Positions 18,498 through 22,854 of a stretch of 22,854 nucleotides of DNA are shown here, one piece after another. The stretch is from Bacteriovoracaceae bacterium (GTDB lineage: Bacteria > Bdellovibrionota > Bacteriovoracia > Bacteriovoracales > Bacteriovoracaceae), in contig JBMYPC010000045.1 in NCBI GenBank assembly GCA_049599895.1, forward strand, positions 1 through 22,854. The letters are read 5' to 3'. The notes under the pieces are model-generated. The model searched no databases, was not told the DNA's origin, and was given only the letters and a program-made list of their open reading frames with translations. How positions within the stretch are numbered: the first letter of the stretch is position 1; each line of letters opens with the position of its first letter. Made by a program: the position numbers and the translations under genes.

Positions 18498-18731
18498 GGG
18501 CATGTAAATATAAAAACAACAATTGAAAAGATTCAAAAAGAAGAACCAAATGAGATTATTGAGCTATCTGTTGATAGAAGAACTCTACTCACTGGAACAA
18601 AATTTTAAATTTGTGAATCAGAAACAAGACAAGTTATAGATCTAAATTTAGAGTTTATCGTTACAGATTATATGTCTCAATACTAGCTTTTACCATATGC
18701 TAGAGTTCAAGAAGTTTTTAAAGATCAAGCA
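18498..18731 (+). pseudogene. IS66-family transposase (TnpC) remnant
   Basis: In-frame GHVNIKTTIEKIQKEEPNEIIELSVDRRTLLTGTKF*ICESETRQVIDLNLEFIVTDYMSQY*LLPYARVQEVFKDQ, with stops at 18606 and 18684. Resembles IS66 motifs GH.G.TL, RQV.D, VTEY and YQLLPY.R. Confidence 0.75.
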
Positions 18732-18807
18732 AAATCAACAAGAGTTATCCTAAATTATTATAGCTTTGCTCTTGACATCCATGCATTTTTCAAGCTGTCT
18801 TTGACAT

Positions 18808-19770
18808 GTGCATGGATACGTAGATAGAGAAATTGAGATCCTATTAAAAAAACATATGGATAATTTTCCCTGTGTGGCCTTATTAGGTGCTAGGCAAGTA
18901 GGAAAGTCTACTCTGGCAAAGCGCCATATAAATTCTATTGAAAATGCAGTCTATCTAGACTTGGAAGATCCGGTAGATTTTGCAAAGCTCTCAGACCCTT
19001 CAGCTTATTTTGCAGCAAATTCAGATAAGCTAATTTGTATTGATGAAATTCAAAGATATCCAGAAATATTTCAGATCCTTCGAGGACATCTTGATCGAGG
19101 ACAAAGAAATGGGCAATTACTTATTTTAGGTCCAGCTTCAAGAGATTTGATTCGGCAAAGCTCTGAAACTCTTGCTGGTAGAATTTCTTATTTGAATATC
19201 AATCCATTTCAAATAAATGAAGTCGATGATCTTCAAAAACTATGGCTTCAAGGAGGTTATCCTAATTCTTATCTTAAAGAGAGAGAATTTAGCTTTGAGT
19301 GGAGAAAAAATTATATCAGAACTTTTTTAGAACGAGATATTCCAAATCTAGGTTTTAATATACCTGCTATGACTTTGAGAAGGTTATGGCAAATGTTGGC
19401 CCATTCAAACGGGCAACTACTCAATCAATCTAGAATCGGAGAGTCCCTTGGTCTTAGTTCTACAACAATCAAAAAGCATATTGATTTACTAGAAGGAACA
19501 TTTGTCATTAGACAGCTTCCTGCATATTTTACGAATACGAAAAAGATAGCGAGTCATAGAATTAAGCTTAAAAGAATGAATGACACTGATCTTTGTATGG
19601 ATGGACTTAAAGTCATATCCTACAAAGCAATAGCTAAATATATACGCTCAGTTGAGAGTGCATATATCTCCTTGCAGCCGATGACTGTCACTCAATATGA
19701 TAATGGAATGGAATCATCTTCCTATCAAATGATGACTGATGAAAAAATCCCTTTAGAGGTCAATTCATGA
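18808..19770 (+). pseudogene. Truncated AAA_14/DUF4143-type ATPase fused in frame to an unrelated gene tail
   Basis: GARQVGKS, IDEIQ, ETLAGR, GGYP, TFLERDI. Family similarity ends at YFTNTKK (~19545), where a KRL.KSPK.Y..DSG-type motif is expected. LGPAS replaces the usual LGSAS. Confidence 0.75.
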
Positions 19771-20293
19771 AGGCACAAGAAATAGATCAATTAGTAAAGA
19801 AGCTAGAGCCTTATTTTCATGGTTATAAAGCAAAAGAGAATTCCCTGAGCAATGACTCAGGGATGACTCTTTACTTTAGTTCTTCTTGGAATAATAAAAC
19901 TAAAATTAAAGGCTCAGGAGCTAAAGAAGTCACTCTATCGGCTGCTCTTCTACTAAGCCCATTGATAAAATTGCAAAGGATATCGGAAGAAGACTTCTAC
20001 CTGATTATAGGGAGGATTTTCTTTCTTATAAGAGAGAACAACAAGAAGCAAAAGAAAAGGAAGAGCAAAAAAAACTAAAATTTAAAGCACTTGAATCAGA
20101 ATTAGCAGGAAAAACTTATGATGAATACGATGGCCATTGTCGTTATCGAGACACTATTAAACTTGATAATGTTTCCATTATTGAGGCCTATCGTTCAGAG
20201 TATAAGTTCACGATAAGCTTAAATTTCAGTAAATCTTTAAAGCTTATTCAGTTACTTAAAGAAAATGACTTAATCCTAGGAAAAGGAAGTTAA
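19767..20293 (+). pseudogene. Frameshifted hypothetical protein (~175 aa if restored)
   Basis: A -1 shift at GCTAAAGAAGT (~19923) continues into a stop-free frame 19925-20293 (RSHSIGCSSTKPIDKIAKDIGRRLLPDY...) that has no start codon of its own. Confidence 0.65.
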
Positions 20294-20343
20294 TAAGCTC
20301 ATATTGTTTCTAAGTTTTTGTAATCAATAAGGGCTTTAAAAAT

Positions 20344-20376
20344 AAACTTGAAATATATTTCAAGTTTTGATAAGGT
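20344..20376 (+). promoter_or_regulatory. Promoter overlapped by perfect 24-bp palindromic operator
   Basis: AAACTTGAAATATATTTCAAGTTT (20344-67). TTGAAA (20348-53), 17 nt, TAAGGT (20371-76) with extended TG. Confidence 0.75.
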
Positions 20377-20381
20377 ATGTT

Positions 20382-20672
20382 ATGAATCGTCGAGAATACG
20401 AAGTAAAGCTAATTGTTAACGGTGTTTTAGTCTCTAAAGTGATAATTGACCCTCATTATGAGGAAAAGCACTCAGAGAGTATAAATGATGAAATTATCTT
20501 AGAGTTGATTAAGTTTCTTGATGGGAAAGAGTTTGAGCCTGACGACGAAAAACCTCCTTATTCTTATTTTGTCACTGACAAAATAGAACTAAAAGGAAAG
20601 CTTTATAAATTAATTTGGCTTTTAGAAGAAGGGCAAATTTATATAGGTATTATTAATGCTTACAGGAGATAA
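20382..20672 (+). CDS. Putative type II toxin (RelE/BrnT-like fold)
   Basis: 96 aa from ATG 20382; H..EKH helix and C-terminal strands ending IGIINAYRR; 2 nt upstream of an HTH gene. Confidence 0.6.
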   Translation: MNRREYEVKLIVNGVLVSKVIIDPHYEEKHSESINDEIILELIKFLDGKEFEPDDEKPPYSYFVTDKIELKGKLYKLIWLLEEGQIYIGIINAYRR

Positions 20673-20674
20673 AA

Positions 20675-20977
20675 ATGGGATTTCCAAATAAAGACGAAAT
20701 TAATAGAGCATTAAAAAAACTAGAAAATGTTGAGGGTTCCTTGGCCCTAAATGACGATGCTTCGACATTAGAGAAGTTTAGGTTTGATATTTGTCAGAAG
20801 TTCCTCAAATTTAAAAGGGAGCAAGGACTTACCCAACGTGAAATCGCTGAAAGAGTCAATATTGACGAGGCAACGATCAGTAAAATCTTTAGGCACCGAA
20901 TTGATAAAATTTCTACTGATTACTTAATAGATCTCTATTTGCAACTTGATTCTAATCTTGATTTAAAAGTTAGTTAG
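20675..20977 (+). CDS. XRE-family HTH protein, putative antitoxin
   Basis: REQGLTQREIAERVNIDEATISKI..IDKISTDYL; AGGAG SD. Confidence 0.85.
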   Translation: MGFPNKDEINRALKKLENVEGSLALNDDASTLEKFRFDICQKFLKFKREQGLTQREIAERVNIDEATISKIFRHRIDKISTDYLIDLYLQLDSNLDLKVS

Positions 20978-21026
20978 CTTGTTTATCTGATTTAATACTC
21001 AAAAGTATTTTTAATTCTTATCTTTC

Positions 21027-21066
21027 GCTCTTTCTGTAATTTTACAGTAAAGAGCACCATTTTTTT
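21027..21066 (+). terminator. Possible terminator after the toxin-HTH pair
   Basis: GCTCTTT-CTGTAA-TT-TTACAG-T-AAAGAGC hairpin followed by ACCA and T7. Confidence 0.4.
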
Positions 21067-21331
21067 ATAAAATTCTGTAAATTACGGCCTCAAACACCCT
21101 TTTTTAATCGTTCTTAAAAATAAAGTTTAGACTCATTATATAATCCCTAGGTTTTGGCAATGTCGCCAAAACATACCGTAAAGGGGTTAAAATTATGAGT
21201 ATTTTAGACCATGCAAAACCAACAAGAATCATTTTAAAAGAAACTATTGAAATTATTTTGAGAAGCTTTCCAAGAAAGCGTGAATAGACTTTAATTTTTC
21301 TTTTTCCAGATTTTCTGTTGGCTTTCTATAG

Positions 21332-21547
21332 AATGGAGGACGGGACCCCGGTGTGCGAAAAGGTTGCCAGTGGCAAGCTTTGCGCATCCAGCGGATGGGA
21401 CCTATGCGAAAATTTTTGAAAAAAATTGAGTAATGGAGGACGGGACCCCGGTGTGCGAAAAGGTTGCCAGTGGCAAGCTTTGCGCATCCAGCGGATGGGA
21501 CCTATGCGAAAATTTTTGAAAAAAATTGAGTAATGGAGGACGGGACC
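21332..21547 (-). repeat. Exact 100-bp tandem repeat (2 copies plus 16 bp) duplicating the tRNA-Cys 3' end
   Basis: 21332-21431 equals 21432-21531. AATGGAGGACGGGACC occurs at 21332, 21432 and 21532; the last overlaps the tRNA. Confidence 0.97.
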
Positions 21548-21611
21548 GGATTTGAACCGGTGGCTTTACAGTTTTGCAAACTGTCCCTTTGGACCGCTCA
21601 GGCACCCGTCC
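21534..21611 (-). tRNA. tRNA-Cys (GCA)
   Basis: Acceptor GGACGGG/CCCGTCC, anticodon arm ACAGT-TTGCAAA-ACTGT, T arm ACCGG-TTCAAAT-CCGGT, U73 discriminator, encoded CCA. Confidence 0.97.
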
Positions 21612-21626
21612 TCATAGAGAACGCCT

Positions 21627-21655
21627 ATACTCCGACATTTCTGATTAGTAGTCAA
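21627..21655 (-). promoter_or_regulatory. Putative sigma70 promoter of tRNA-Cys
   Basis: TTGACT-N17-GAGTAT followed by GC-rich AGGCG on the minus strand. Confidence 0.45.
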
Positions 21656-21681
21656 TAGATATACGCTTGAATTTATAGTGA

Positions 21682-22056
21682 TTAGGAAAGTAGTTCATCA
21701 AGGGTGAGAAGAAGCTCTTCTTCACTCCAAGGCTTGATGATATATTTATTGGCCCCAGCCTTGAGAGACTCGAGAATAAGCTTTTTATTGTCATTGGCAG
21801 AGAGGACAACGAAGGGAACTTCTTTATATTTCTTTGATTGACGCATTGATTTCAAAAGATCGTAGCCGCTATGCTCCGGCATCATCATGTCACAAATCAC
21901 AAGATGAATTTCGGTTTTCTTCAGAACCTGAGTCGCTTCTTTTGCATTGGTGCAATAGATAAGGTTGCAATCCTTGTCCCATAAAGCGAGATGGTCTTGA
22001 ACCAAACTTTTATAGAACGACATGTCATCAACAAATAAAATATTATATTTTGTCAT
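21682..22056 (-). CDS. Single-domain CheY-like response regulator
   Basis: ILFVDD, ICDMMMP (phosphoacceptor D), VLSA, GANKYIIKPW. Confidence 0.93.
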   Translation of the reverse strand: MTKYNILFVDDMSFYKSLVQDHLALWDKDCNLIYCTNAKEATQVLKKTEIHLVICDMMMPEHSGYDLLKSMRQSKKYKEVPFVVLSANDNKKLILESLKAGANKYIIKPWSEEELLLTLDELLS

Positions 22057-22204
22057 ATAACCTCGCCTAAGAGCTTAATTCTAGCTTCCAAGGAAAGCAA
22101 ATGCAATGCAATGATAGTTCCTTGAACTTGACTCAGGTTCTCGGATATTGATAGATTTTACCGTCAATTAATAACGAATTTGATCTTATTCTAAGGGAGA
22201 GAAG

Positions 22205-22854
22205 ATGAGACTAATTTCAGCTCTAGCGGCCGTGCTATTTCTATTGAGTTCTTGTGGACCAAATCCAAGGCGAGAGCTTAGTGAATTTGAAAAACAAACT
22301 GACCTTTATTGGTTGTTTTCAACTTTTGAACAAAACTATGCTCCACTTGAGTACAAACAAAACCTCCATGGTTTTGATTACGCCACTCTTAAGCAGCAGA
22401 TTCTAACTGAAGGGATGAATGCTAAGACAAATGAAGACTTTTATCTTGTGGCCCATAAGTTCGTTAGTACTTTTGCAGATGCGCATACTTCAGCAAGACT
22501 AACTCCTGCCGGACTTCCTTCAAGGTCAAAGGTCGCTTACCTTGGTTTTAAAGGTTTTAGAGAAGGGGACGCTCTCGTGATTGAAGATCTTCTCCCCACC
22601 TATAAATTGTCAAAAGCGAGCACAGGTTACCCTCTTAAAAAAGATGATCGAATTTTAAAAATTGATGGTGAGACATTAAAAGACTTTTACACAAAAAACT
22701 TAAGACCTTATCACAACATTGGTTTAGAAGAAGCAAACTACACAGCTTTCTTTAATAAAATCTTTAACCGCTTCAACCTTGAAGGGCCTCTTCCAAAGAA
22801 AGATTCTGCCCTTTTAACAGTGAAGCGTGGAACCACCGAGTTTGAAGTTGAACT
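22205..22854 (+). CDS. S41-family (CPAF-like) PDZ protease lipoprotein, 3'-partial; absent from the ORF track
   Basis: MRLISALAAVLFLLSSC lipobox; NYAPLEYK, FADAHTS, AYLGF, DRILKIDG (PDZ-like). Frame is open to the window end; catalytic domain not in the window. Confidence 0.7.
   Translation, partial: MRLISALAAVLFLLSSCGPNPRRELSEFEKQTDLYWLFSTFEQNYAPLEYKQNLHGFDYATLKQQILTEGMNAKTNEDFYLVAHKFVSTFADAHTSARLTPAGLPSRSKVAYLGFKGFREGDALVIEDLLPTYKLSKASTGYPLKKDDRILKIDGETLKDFYTKNLRPYHNIGLEEANYTAFFNKIFNRFNLEGPLPKKDSALLTVKRGTTEFEVE

Larger units (their letters stand above)
18330..21331. mobile_element. Decayed accessory island at the 3' side of tRNA-Cys (boundaries approximate)
   Basis: Cluster of pseudogenes, an IS relic and a TA-like pair. 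Visibly more AT-rich, with many ATA/CTA/TTA codons. No intact integrase and no left att copy seen. Confidence 0.55.

Noticed and set aside
21151..21190. c-di-GMP-I riboswitch
   Set aside because: Only a simple hairpin; the conserved two-stem tetraloop/receptor architecture is not present.
21332..21547. CRISPR array (three 16-bp repeats at regular spacing)
   Set aside because: The intervening 84-bp segments are identical, the repeat is a tRNA 3' end, and there are no cas genes in the window.
21402..21605. 67-aa minus-strand ORF
   Set aside because: It is a translation of the tRNA-Cys gene and the repeat.

Overview
AT-rich bacterial chromosome segment. Gene style (Cys-rich lipoproteins, a CPAF-like S41 protease, FliA-type promoters) suggests Bdellovibrionota such as Bacteriovoracia; this is inference only. 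From left to right: the 3' part of a large mosaic Fn3/FGE-sulfatase (C-type lectin fold) surface protein; an orphan ParA/MinD ATPase coupled to an 88-aa partner; a lipoprotein type I pullulanase; three exported hypothetical proteins; queA-tgt-yajC-tatA-secD-secF; two convergent lipoproteins; and an IHF-beta/HU gene. Next is a ~3 kb decayed accessory island (IS66 transposase relic, chimeric AAA ATPase, frameshifted gene, intact toxin-HTH pair with a perfect 24-bp operator). It abuts an exact 100-bp tandem repeat that re-iterates the CCA end of a minus-strand tRNA-Cys(GCA). A CheY-like regulator and a partial S41 protease close the window. The most unusual items are the tRNA-linked CCA-ending repeats, the ParA plus small partner module, and the toxin-HTH pair. 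All calls were made by eye from motifs; no searches were run.
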